DNA of 57,428 nt, filler included, from Platydemus manokwari (lineage: Eukaryota): the NCBI GenBank assembly GCA_037951405.1. It is 5 parts of 5 records of this genome, joined end to end, with 100 filler letters (N's around TTAATTAATTAA, not from the genome) between each part and the next. Parts side by side here need not be neighbours in the genome. Positions count along the whole stretch, not along the records: positions 35,421 to 48,401 come from JBBMOY011889165.1; positions 48,502 to 57,428 come from JBBMOY011327983.1; 3 more parts are not named here. The stretch is one strand, 5' to 3'. Under the pieces are notes generated by a model. It ran no database searches. It worked only from the letters and a program-made list of their open reading frames with translations, and was not told where the DNA came from. Shown here piece after piece: positions 38,501 to 50,637 of this stretch (positions are counted from its first letter, which is position 1; each line of letters opens with the position of its first letter). The position numbers were made by a program, and so were the translations under genes.

Positions 38501-40732
38501 GAGTATCAAATAATTTATTGTGTATATTTATTTCTGTTACAAATATACTACTTACATTTTGAAGTAGTATATTATTTTTATTTATTTCTAAGATTGATTT
38601 TAAGAATGCTTGGTCGTTTTTAAGAAAATAACGAAAACGGTTACTGGTTTATGAGAACAATGTTAAGTTGATAAACAACTTTATTCTGTCGAGAGATATC
38701 GATAAATTTAGATTTCTAGATAATTTATTCAACAATTCACAAAAAATTTTAATTAAAGATGGAGCCATCTGAAAATAATCTTAATTATTTATTTAGCAGA
38801 CATAATAATTAAACCCACTAGTATATTTTCTATATATTATATAAACTGCCGTTATATCGATTTTCCATTAAAATATTATTATCATTTTTGGAAGTATTAT
38901 GAACTTGTGTCTACTTGTCGTTAGTGATTAGAATTTGGAAGCCACTGTTTAATTAATTGATCACCAGAGGATTTGATCTCAAGATCCTGTTAAGCAGACT
39001 GAGTCAGATAATGCAATGATTTCATTTCGCCTGTCTAAGAGTTATGTGAGTTGCTGATAAATCTTCTAAACTTTTCCACTCAGTCGATAGAGAAGATCAA
39101 GAGTAGTGGAATAATCTGCTTTTCTCCGGATTTGGCGAGTATAATGATCATGCGTTGACATCCCAGAAAACGTTATGGCTTACTGAAAGCCGGTCATAGA
39201 AGGTGGTAATCAGGAGGCTTCAGTGGAATAATAAAAGCTAAAACTCTGGGACGTAATTATTGGCTGCATAATCCATGAGATTTATCTACTTAATTTTGGC
39301 CTACCGCAATAAAACATTTTGTCCTATCAAAAATTTATGAGTAATACAGTGATAGGCCGATTTTGAACTATTTACTCATCATTAATGAATTGGATTTGGA
39401 ATCTAACATTTCATTATTTATTCACTAACTGGTTTGAGCCCATGGCCGGAATAACCCTATTATGTAAAAGTTTTGGTAAAAGCTATGGGTGCGTCAGAAT
39501 GAAATTTTCAAACCAATTCCAACAATCTATTTATAAACCAGTTTTGCAATCATCTCTACTTATTATTATCTAACTGAACCTCAAACTTATCATTTTATTA
39601 TTTGCTCATTGGTGAATTCGAATCCAAGGCTATTTCGATCACATTCACTTTCACATATGACTTAATCCCGAACACCAATTGCAATTGAACTTCATCTCAT
39701 TATCAGGACACATTTGTGTATATTGTGTTATTTTCTGGTAAAACTTTACCAGTTCATCATGTTATTGGTTGTGTATTTTGGTTATCTAATTAGGAATTCG
39801 ATAATGTAATTTGTTTTCGTCTTTTAATTCAGAACCCGACTACGACGAATGTCAATGTTTCCCATTCCAGAAAATGTTAAAATCCTCCAATCCAATATGG
39901 AGCCCGATCAAATGAATAAGTGTATCAAGATTTGTTGTATTGCACAATCTGATAGTAGTTCATCCAAGGTTTAGTTTTGATAACAAAATTGATAATCATA
40001 ATTAATAATAATTATTATTATTATCGTTAATATATATCAATTAATTCAAAGCATTATAACTATTATAATTGTCATGATTACTTTATTATTATTATTATTA
40101 TTATTATTTTTTTTTTTATTTTTAGTATTATAAATTTATTAGTGCTATTATCGGTTACATAAGACATTGAATAGATATCACATCAAGCGTAGTAGTAGTG
40201 ATGACATAAACGTGGCGACATAATAGCCGCTACCAGAACGTAGCTGATACGCATTAGAACAGCAACATGTTTAACAAGAAATCCGATAATGTTATCATTT
40301 CAAACAATCACCTCCATTTATTGATACTGATTATTTACACATGAAATGTACTTTTGTGAAATCAAATGTATTATCGGTAATTAACGATGAATTACATTTC
40401 ATTTCTGATGAGCTTCCACATGAATATCATGGAAATGATTTTGTATCCAAATAGACAACATTTATTTAAAAGTGCATCGATAATTGGTGACAATCAAAAA
40501 TAAATAGAAAAATATTTGTGATATTTTTAAATTATCGATTTTTAATCGATTAATATTTTTCCAGAAAATAATACAAAATATTCAAGAAAATCTGACAGTA
40601 TGTTTTGGTACGACTTGGCAATGTTTTTTAATCAAAGGACAACACTGGGCATATTTCACTCATATGGAAGGCTGCTCCCTCATTATTCAAATCGATGGAT
40701 TTACTTTTATTCTTTTTCGCACTTTGATGTAA
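35523..40732 (+). CDS. Tegument-allergen-like (TAL) protein: 2 EF-hands plus dynein-light-chain-like domain, about 176 aa; exons 35523-35592, 35669-35736, 38410-38498, 39833-39968, 40565-40732
   Basis: Spliced product MSSFQHKMDLLIEAFFAIDIDASEEISINELQSYMNKNNYRPEFVE-KWLKIFDTDHNGNISLEEYCKVLGI...VKILQSNMEPDQ...FGTTWQCFLIKGQHWAYFTHMEGCSLIIQIDGFTFILFRTLM*. All junctions are GT-AG and phase-consistent. Start may instead be ATG 35544. Confidence 0.9.
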
Positions 40733-40768
40733 TGTGTTTGGTTTATGTGGTGTTATTTGATATTTATC

Positions 40769-40770
<2 letters not shown>

Positions 40771-40832
<62 letters not shown>
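40771..40832. repeat. (ATT)n microsatellite in the TAL 3' region
   Basis: Perfect TAT array; it produces the spurious poly-Y ORF. Confidence 0.95.
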
Positions 40833-40833
<1 letters not shown>

Positions 40834-42544
40834 AGGTCTGTGCAATTTTATAATGAATTTGTGTTTCGATTTATTGTTGCTATATTTATAGCAAAACCTA
40901 GTAGGAAATAAATTTAATATTATGATATTATTGTTATATTATCATTATTATTATTGATGATATATTATTTAAATATAATATTTATATCTCGTTTGTTAAT
41001 TATTTTCTTTATGGAGAGATTTAACTATAAATCTAAAGACGTGTTGGATGAGAAGAAAATATGATCGGAATTTTAAAGATTCAATATAAAATTGCTTTCA
41101 TTATGCAGGTAAGAGTCAAATCAAACCAAACTATAACACATGTCGCATGCAATAGCTAGAAGATATGCAAAGTGTCAGACAATAAAGGCTATTTTTAATT
41201 ATCTATAAATGGAAGCGAGACCGATAGAAATTTAAAGTTGTGAATTAATTTGATTTAAATCAATAAGCTACAGCCAATGATTTAAATCTACTCTCTATTT
41301 AAGTCCGTTTAAAGTAGATAATCGGTATTCCCGACAAAATTCTAAAATTGAAAATTAAATAAACTATATAGATTTTTGTGATACACTTAACCAATTTAAA
41401 ATTTTATTTTAGGACCCGTTTTTAATTTTTTAATTTTTATTCTTTTATTGTTTTTTATTTAATTATATTCTTTAAAAGCATTTTGAATTTTTTTTAAGTA
41501 CTTAAGTAGAATTTTAGTTGTTTTAAATCAAATATTAAATACACTGGAGCTTCAAAATCTCTTAAAATTTGATTTTTTGACAAACGGATCAAAGTATATT
41601 TTGTTAAAATTCTAAAATAGAAAAATAGTAATAACGGAAAAAATCAAAGGAAATCAAAAGAATATAAATAGATTCTCAAAACAGTTTCACACTTCCTAAA
41701 AATTTAAAGATAAATACTTGAGATTTGACAATCGGAACAAGCTAACGTTTTAATTTCATTATAATCAGTTTATTAACCCCCTCCCAACACATAATTTTAA
41801 TTGCTCAAATTTTTCGCAAAATAAATTTATTTCTTCACTTTAAGATATCAATTTTAATGAACTTAATTTCATCACTATCACCATATTTAATGATTTTACA
41901 ATGTTTAATAATTTATTTGGCTTGGATTTAGTTCAAGTAAATCTTTAAAATATCTATGTAAAATAATGTAAAAAGAATATATTACTGACACCAATACCCC
42001 CAACCATAAATAAAATTTTAAAAAGCGATCAAGACTTTTACGATGAAATCATAGGAGACATTCTTAACCATCTCTAGAAAACCAATAACATTTACTTATT
42101 ATATTTTATTGTCAAATTTTTTTTACTTATTTTCTGATTTTATTTATATTTAAAAATGAAAAATTGACTAAATGGTTGCTCTGCCTACTGGAGTCAGTTA
42201 TTTATAATGATTCCTAATCGTATTTTATCAACGAATTTCAAAATATGCGCCTCTTAAGATTCACAAATCTAGCATAAAATCATAATCCATCGAAAACATA
42301 ATATATTGAATTGACAGGATAAAAGCACTCGGGATGAAGCTGATAAGTGTACGGTATCGACTTATTGATATCATTAAAATAATACACGAACGATGACCTA
42401 ATAATGTGCGTAAATCAATTAATTAACTCACCTACAGTAAACTGAATAAAATGCTCAGAAAATGTAGTTGAAACTTAAAAATTTGATCCAATCAGAATAA
42501 CTTTGATATATCATGATATTATAACAAGATGGAATATAATTTCT

Positions 42545-43140
42545 CAGAATTCAAGACGAGAACCTGTGCATGTGGAAGGATAAATTGAAGATTTCCTTAC
42601 TAATCTATTGAAATCAAAAATTATAACATACTTATAAAAATCCATGGAGCATCCCTTTATTTATTGTTTAGAAGGAGTTCATTTTTCCTATTGTATTGTC
42701 AATTTCAAATAATTTCTCGCTAATAAATCTTGGACAAACATATCGCAAGGTCGGGCTTACGCGGCGTGCATAGGACATTACGTCATTTAGTGCATTCTTA
42801 GGACTGATTAATTACTATCAGAATTTTTGTGAAAGACTTCATCAAAACAGCAACACATTTATGCTCCCGAGTGTCAAGACAAAAAAACCACTAACAATTG
42901 ACTGCATTGTGTCAGGAGATTTTATCATTCTGGATTATCTGTGTGAAAGTCGAAAATTTGTGAGTGATTCAGATGCTGGATGTGGTGCAATCAGTCAAGT
43001 GAAATGAAATTATTAGAAGACAGTACATTCTAACAGGTCTCAAGTTGTGATTTTTCACGAATTTCTTTTTCATGTAAAACAACGCCTTTATTTAAAGAGT
43101 TTCATTTCAAGAACGTTTATCACAAACTATTGTTTAAAAA
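42545..43140 (+). mobile_element. Highly decayed Ty3/Gypsy RT/RNase H relic
   Basis: SRREPVHVEG*IEDFLTNLLKSKII, NPWSIPLFIV, AFLGLINYYQNF, VKDF, ILDY...FVSDSDAGCGAISQ (RNase H TDAS...GAVLSQ-like). Confidence 0.75.
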
Positions 43141-43567
43141 CTCAAACTCTTTTTACCGGTCTTGGATGATTAACGTAGTTGTTCATGGTTTTGGAAAATA
43201 GTGGATGTATATTGAAAGAGATGAATCCAACAAAACAAATGATATGTCCTGGGTAGGTAAAATATTATATGCCCAGTGCGAAGCTAGGGACAAAGAAATC
43301 TAAGCAGATAAACCGAATACGAGTTCTAAGAATCGTGGTCGAACAACAGAATTACAATGGGATAAAATCAGTAATAAACGCGTTAATGACAATTGTCATA
43401 TAGTACGGGATTTTGGAAAATATAATCACTGATAAAAAGTAAAATATTAAGTGAACGCTGATGATGTCATGATCGTATTAGATCGAAACATTATTAATGT
43501 TATTGTCTTTGGAAGAATGCAACAGTAATTGTTTTCTCTCTCACACACACACGTACACACACATATA

Positions 43568-43999
43568 TGTATATATTCTTGGATCCTCCTTCACAATGAT
43601 CTAATCTCTGACTGCAAAAATAGAAGGCTAAACTAGTATTTCAATCGCGTACCGCTCAGTACGACTTACAAGCTATTACAAAATATTAACAAATATCGAT
43701 ATTTATATCCGAAATCTGTGAGTAATTTTTCTTGTCATGTTTGTATTACATTTTGATTATATCTTTGCTTTTCCATGTTCCTATTGTATTTTTGTGTGTT
43801 TGTATGCTTAGGATTTGTCAATCCCTATGTGTGTTTTTGTTGTGTGACTATGTCCCTCTTGCCTACTCTCGTTTGCCGTCTGATTGGTTGGTTGCTGTGC
43901 CTGTTTTGTTATGCAGGCATGTAAATGTTTAAAGTTCTTAGACCAGGGTCCAAGGTGCAAATCTGTTTTTCTTTTTTCAGAATTTCATCTCACTCAACA
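43568..43999 (-). mobile_element. Putative solo LTR (432 bp)
   Basis: TG...CA ends flanked by ATATA on both sides (possible TSD, but AT-rich context). CCAAT and TATAAA motifs on the minus strand. Confidence 0.45.
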
Positions 44000-44039
44000 A
44001 TATATATGTATATATAATCTAATGAAAATTGGTTATCAT

Positions 44040-44620
44040 TGACAGAAAAATTGGATAGCTTCGTTCACTTTTTAAACAAGACAAAAAGGCAATTTTCAAT
44101 AACATTCTCAACTCTTCGAGTCAATTTTTAAAGGGTTCTCAAAGTTTCCAATAGAACATAAATTTAGTTCTCCTTATCAATATCATCCAAATGAATTAGT
44201 CGACCATGTAATTCGAACGGTGAACATAACTTCTCTAAGAGAAGGATATCGGGAAAAACTGGAATAACTTTTTAATGAAGCTCGAATTAGATATAACTGT
44301 TACTGTAAAGAACAACACCAAATTTTCCTCACTTTAAATGATCTTGTGAATGAGAATAAATTGACACTATAAAGTAAAGACATAAAGGAATTCGCAAGTG
44401 AATAATACTCGAACATGAGATTTGGCGAGATGACGGTGATGGACAGAGTTAGCAGGAGAAAAATATTAAAGGTTGGTAAAATTATCGTTACGAAAGGATC
44501 GTCACTGAAGACCGATGAATGATTTTCAATGGGAAATACTTTTCGCAATCCAGAGATTCGAGTGGTTGTAAATTTCACACATTCAATAAAATCAAGACTG
44601 ACTGGATGGTTGAAGAGATA
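44040..44620 (+). mobile_element. Decayed Gypsy integrase relic
   Basis: KFPIEHKFSSPYQYHPNELVDHVIRTV resembles the integrase SSPYxxxxNGxxER segment. Confidence 0.65.
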
Positions 44621-45399
44621 AAAGAGCAGAACGAATGATGAGTTTATTTAAATAAACAGATATTATGACTGACGATTTTGACTAGAAACCATATACACCT
44701 GGGAGATAAGAAATAAAGATTTTTGATTGAATCCATTCATATATGTCGACAATTTATGGATAAAATCCAAAATGGTCTCATCAATTATAATGGAATTTAA
44801 GTGGCACTTTAAACTATAATTTACCTGAAATTAATTATTGAATTAATTTACTAAAACATTTCTCATTGCGATTCCACTTGTTATTGATTTTTTTTTATTG
44901 TTTTTAATTGATTTTCTCAGTCCTCAAAATATTGATTACTAGTAATGCTATGTCTCATATCAAATTGGTTATATTTTATAATGAATTTTTATAAAAACTT
45001 GATTGTGATTTAATTCTAAAAATAAATGTGCAATTTGTAAAAATATTTCATTAAAGGATATTGGAAACACTATTTATCTAATAATACTCTGTAAATACAG
45101 ACAAGTCAGACACGTTTCAGTACCTCTTCAAGGGGTGGGGTTTAATTTATCACAGATTCGATTTACTTATGCTTCCCCTTTCTTCACTTTTCCCAAGGTT
45201 GAAATCTTTCCTGTGCTTCTTCGAAGATCTCTTCTTCCTCTTCTGGGTGTGTATCTTCGCCTTGGATATCCGTCACGGGGCTTCCTTTTCTGTTCAGCCC
45301 TTGTAACTTATCTTTCCTTGGTGAAAGTCCTATTGTAGATATGAAGACTCTATGCTCGCTCTAATGCACTTATAAGTCAACTAGTTAATTTACTTCTTT

Positions 45400-46720
45400 T
45401 AAAAGCCCGTATTTTTGAGAATAAAGTCATTCTCAGATACACATATCGCAAAAGTTCTAACTATGGAGATATACAACTTCTCAGTCTATTCTGGACGTGC
45501 CTTTCAGATCTCAATTCTAAGTTGATTCCTTATTTGTCTATTGGGCACTTAACATCGACCAGCAAGATTGCCTCTCATTCTAGGCCTGGGGGTTAACATG
45601 CAGTTTTGATCTTATGCATTCACATTCCCTTTCTACATGAACGACACAATTGGTGTGTTGGTATATGTAGTCATTTATTATGAGATTACCCTTAAAACCA
45701 TCTTTCACACATAGGACTTATTGCCCGGATGTAAGATGTGAAATGACCACCAATTCGGTTGGTAGTTCTTATTGTCTTAGAAGCTTTTGGATATATTGGA
45801 TATTTTTACCGACATAGTAGTCAATAATTAGGAATTGCACAGTTGTGTCAAGTTTCTTGGAAACCTTCTTGATGACTTCTTTGATTTTAAAACACTAGGC
45901 AAGGCTTCTGTATGCTTCCCTTATATTGAACTTGAGCCATTGAAGGGAGTATTTGAAAGTCGAGTTCTTACCCACTGATATCATCAGAGATTCTCCAGCA
46001 ATTATCCGAATCAACTCTTGGTTGTTAGTAAGAATACTTAGCTCGTGCACAATGAATTGGATAGTGTAACACTATTTGTTCTAGTAAAGTAATTTTTGGA
46101 GCCGAACATTCAATTAAACATGAAAAATACGACTTTACTGTGCTCAACGATATCATATGCGTTTGTCTTTTGCCAAGGGAGAATGCACTCGATCAGTTTC
46201 TCAAGATGATTTCGCAGATTGATTGAACAGACCTCAACTGAGTTAAGAACTTTACCGAGAAATTCACCCCTAGGTACCTTTAATCATATCCTATGCCTAT
46301 ATGTGTAACAACTGTTTTATAAATTGTGATTTCATGTTTCCTATTTCCTGATAATTTGTTGACTATATTTTGTTGGTTTGAACTTGAATCCTAACTGCGT
46401 AGCCAACATGCATGCTATTATTGCTATGTCGTCTGTATATGCAAGCGTTGTGATCTTATGTCCGGCCAGCATGACTCTACAATTGATTTCTTTGTTAATT
46501 TGTACAAGTATGAGATTTATGGCTATGTTGACAAGTAGTGTAGAAATAGGGCATTTCTACCTTACTCTTCGTGTTCTGGGAATTTCCTTTGTGATGTATT
46601 TGCTACAAGTGAATATGATTAGTTTGATTGCACATGCATCTCACTCCGGTTTTAAACAGATAGTCATGAAATTCTGTATTTTCAGGCCTGACAATAAAGA
46701 TTTTACCGAACAACTTATTT
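45400..46720 (-). mobile_element. RLE-type non-LTR retrotransposon relic (R2/R4/NeSL-like group): RT plus endonuclease fragment
   Basis: Minus strand reads RVR*KCPISTLLVNIAI (GVRQGCP-like), LAYTDDIAIIA, LGFKFKP, YLGV, and downstream ILLVDVKCPID (RLE D-x-K motif). Confidence 0.8.
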
Positions 46721-48029
46721 CTTAACTAACTCACCATCATTATCATTGAGAAATTTATTTTTCTTTCAACAATTTTGGTAAACATGTTGGCTACCTTTTC
46801 ATTAGCGAATTTGCTTTAATGAGTTTTAATTAACAAATATAACAGGAAATATTATTTATTTTTCTGATTATTGAGATGTTTGGGCCTGAAAAATTTGGAA
46901 CAAATCTATTTTACTGCATCCATTTTTCAGGAATTGAAAAATCTTTTAAAATCCGATGTTTTTATAAATTGTCATTTCTTTTGAATGAAAATGAGAGCCT
47001 TTTCAAATTCTTATTCAAATCATTTATGTAAACATAATAAGCTTCATTTCGATTTCTCATAACATTCTAATGAATTGAATTGAGGCAGCAATATTATTAT
47101 TAAGATTGAATACGGGGTGAAAATAGTAGAATTTATTATTTGTTTTAATCAAATAGCCAACCATAAATCCAAATTTGTGAATTTACCATTTGTTAAAACC
47201 AATCTGACAAATACATACCGATTTACCTGCCTTCATTAATTTTCTTACCTACAGCTCACAGTTAAATTTTAATCGAACGCTTATCTAAGTGGATATGTGA
47301 TGACGAATTTTATCTAAATACCTTATTGCATTGATTTCATTTAATCGTTATACTACTCATAAATTCTTCAATTGTCAATAGTATATACTTATTTATATAA
47401 ATGATAATATTAGAATTTATTATTTATCTAATTCACCACATGAATTTTTAAGGCAAATAAAAGATGAATGACATAATGTGTTGCTCATATATAAACAATC
47501 GACACAAATAATCCTCTGATTAATAAACATTCCAGACATCACGTACAAATGTCAATCCAAAACATTCTATTTGCCTTAATTAGATAAAAGTCGGATTAAA
47601 CAAAGGATGAATGAATTTAATCGTAGATATCATGTAGTAAATTAATGAAAAAAACTCATCACAATCATCCGTCACGTACGCACTGTATTGAATATCATAA
47701 TACGTGTCGTGAAAAATTACAATTCTGCCAGTAATGTGATCAGTAATTTTTCGAGACGATGGTTTTGTTTATGGCATTCTTGAAGATGAAATCTGATCAA
47801 CTTAATCGTTCGAAACGAATCGAACAATAATTCGTTGGTATCATAACAGTCAATAAATCATATGAATATTCAATACGATCGACCTGACTTACTCAATACA
47901 AGCTGATAATTGAACGAGCTGTGAGACAGTCTGCGAAGCTGGACACGTAAATACACGAAAAAGCATCAACATCATTAACATAATTTCATAATCATGGAAG
48001 TAATAATTGTTTGCAAAAGGATTGAATTA

Positions 48030-48401
48030 CGAAAATAATAATAATAATAATTATTATTATTAAAATAATTATAATAGCAACAATTAATAATAATGTATTT
48101 ATAATAATTAATAAAAATAGTATCGATAATTAAGATAATAATAATAATAAAGTATTAATAATTATTATTATATAAAATAACATTAATAATACTACTAGTA
48201 ATAATATTATTAATGAAAGTAGAAATAATACGAAAATACTAAGCTCAGAATAATAATCGTAGTTTTAATAACAATACTGATGATATTAATAATAATTTTA
48301 ATAATAAAAATGATAATAATATTAATAATTATAATAATATTGATGATAATAGTATAAAAATTATTATTAGTAATAATAATATTAATAATATTACCGATAA
48401 T
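48030..48401. repeat. Degenerate (AAT)n low-complexity tract
   Basis: Long imperfect AAT/ATT array ending at a gap. Confidence 0.85.
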
Positions 48402-48759
48402 NNNNNNNNNNNNNNNNNNNNNNNNNNNNNNNNNNNNNNNNNNNNTTAATTAATTAANNNNNNNNNNNNNNNNNNNNNNNNNNNNNNNNNNNNNNNNNNN
48501 NATGTATATGTTTACAATAGTTATAATTGTGATTGAGATGAGTTTTACAAGCAATAAAGATAACTACAAATACATGAGATTCACCAGAAATTTGCTGAAC
48601 CCCTTTGGAAGCCTATGTAGATATGAAAACAATGATAATATTGAACTGGAGGTTGTTCTCGCTCAATGACAAAATATTGATGTGTACATATGATATCAAC
48701 ATATCCAAAATCACTTTTCCAATTTGCCAACAACTGCACTGGGAGGTATCGAATTGCAT

Positions 48760-49268
48760 ATTCAAAGAAATTTTATAAGAAAAGATGTTATTAGTAAATG
48801 TGAGGTGTGATATAAATCGAAAGTGCTAATTAGCCCAACGAAAGAGAAACCAAAATTGTTATTAGCAGGCGAACCATTTGAGAAAATATATATTGATATT
48901 TGTGGACCATGGAAAGAATCGATTAGAGGAGAAAAATATATACTAGGCATTATAGATATATATCACTTACAACAATAAGTAAACAGAATGAAGAAACAAT
49001 AGGGAAAGTGATTCGAGATCATTGGGATTTGAAGTACGGTGTACCAAAATAAATACATGCAGATTGTAGTAAATGTTTTGAATCACAGAGAATCAAAGAG
49101 ATGGCTTTTAGAATGGGAACAGATATAATATTTTCCAGTCCACATTACCATAATACAAATGGATTGATTGAGCGACAATTTAGAACGATAAGAGACTATA
49201 TAAATGCGACGGTGAAGTATACTCAACGCACAAAATGTGGAGAAAATTAAAAAAAATTAAAAAGGGAA
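48760..49268 (+). mobile_element. Ty3/Gypsy integrase relic with polypurine tract
   Basis: KCEV*, EPFEKIYIDICGP, KYILGIID, YGVPK*IHAD, FSSPHYHNTNGLIERQFRTIRD. Purine run AAAAAGGGAA lies immediately before TG at 49269. Confidence 0.9.
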
Positions 49269-50366
49269 TGTGAGGTTTAATATAAATTAAAATAATTTCA
49301 AGTAAAAATTTCAATAACATTTTTCTAATTACAATTTAAAATAATTTAAGAAATTATAAAATTTAATATTTTGAAATTAAATATTTATATTTATACCTGA
49401 TTAAGATTGAAAAAGAAAAAGCTGTCTAGAAATTTGTTTGAAAAATGTTTGATTTGTTATTAAATAAATATTAAGAAAATCGTAATGACTTCTTTTGTTG
49501 AAACATCGATTGGAAGTGAAGTAGCCGGTGCTAACAAGGTAAATAACAATTAGTCATTATAATGAAAGAGTCCAATAATTAGTTAAAATTTAAAAGGCTA
49601 AAGTTTAACTTTTAAAATGAATTAAAATAGCTAATTTAAAGAGCGAGATAAATGATAAAATGATAAATGCTAAAAATAAATTGTAATATTCAAAAAAAGA
49701 AATTAAAAATAGGATAATAATTTTTAAATAAAATTATTATTTATAAAAATAAATATTAAGTATAAATAATAAATAAATAAATAATATAAAACAATTATTT
49801 AATAAGTATGGGTTGTTTTAATAATTCAAAAAATAAAAATAAGAATAACTTCCTAACGTAGGAGGTTATCGATCAAAGTTAGTAGTTAGCAGTGCATGGT
49901 AACTAGGGAAAGAGAATTTTGCTGTGATCAAATTTCTATATAAAGGCAATCTATAGTTAAGTGAGAAAACAGAAAAGAATTCAAGAAGATTATCGATCGC
50001 AATTTTATCTAGAAGAATATTTCAATTAGAAAACTTTACAAAGGAAGATTTTATCAGGAAAATATCAGTATAACGGTAGAGCTAGATTAGTGTGTCCATA
50101 ACTGTTTGTTAATCACGCTTGCATTGTAGTATAGGCCAAGAGCTGCTCCTCGGCCGGTAGATTAACTTTGTGAGCGGACTGGTTCCGTGATTTATTGTGA
50201 ACTTGAATATAATGGAAGGATCCTTGATTACGATTTTATTTGCGATTGTTATAACGGTTGTAAAGTTGTTTTAAAATACATCTTAGTGGTCAACTACTAT
50301 CTTTTTTGCGTCAGATATATAGGATCTAGTGAGTATTTGTTGTGCTTTACAACAGGTAGACCCACA
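49269..50366 (+). mobile_element. 3' LTR of the Gypsy element (about 1.1 kb)
   Basis: Begins TGTGAG directly after the PPT and ends CCCACA (imperfect terminal inverted repeat). TATATAAA at about 49937. Right boundary is tentative. Confidence 0.6.
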
Positions 50367-50637
50367 ATAATAAAATATAGAAACCATGCAAACCGATATA
50401 TTGTTGAATAATATTATTAAAAACATGATTATCAATTATTATTAACTGCTGAAATAGATTAAAATCGTAAATTAAATAAAATGATTACCGTGTAGTATAA
50501 AGTAAAGAGAATAATTGTTCTAATACCTCTATTATTTACCAATTGATAACCCTACTGTTTATCAATTATTTGTTTATCAATAGTTGTATTGATGAAATTT
50601 GAAAATTTATATACAAATAACCATTATTATAACAAAC

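Noticed and set aside
39180-39365. Partial resemblance to the hammerhead consensus (ctga...catagaagg...; gtcctatc...ggccga)
   Set aside because: No intact core and no stems; likely chance.
40400-40440. CTGATGAG...GAAA motif
   Set aside because: Stem II does not close and there are no compatible stems I/III.
46378-46725. 115-aa plus-strand ORF (similarly 44300-44578, 48762-48950, 54764-55027)
   Set aside because: Antisense shadows of retroelement coding relics.
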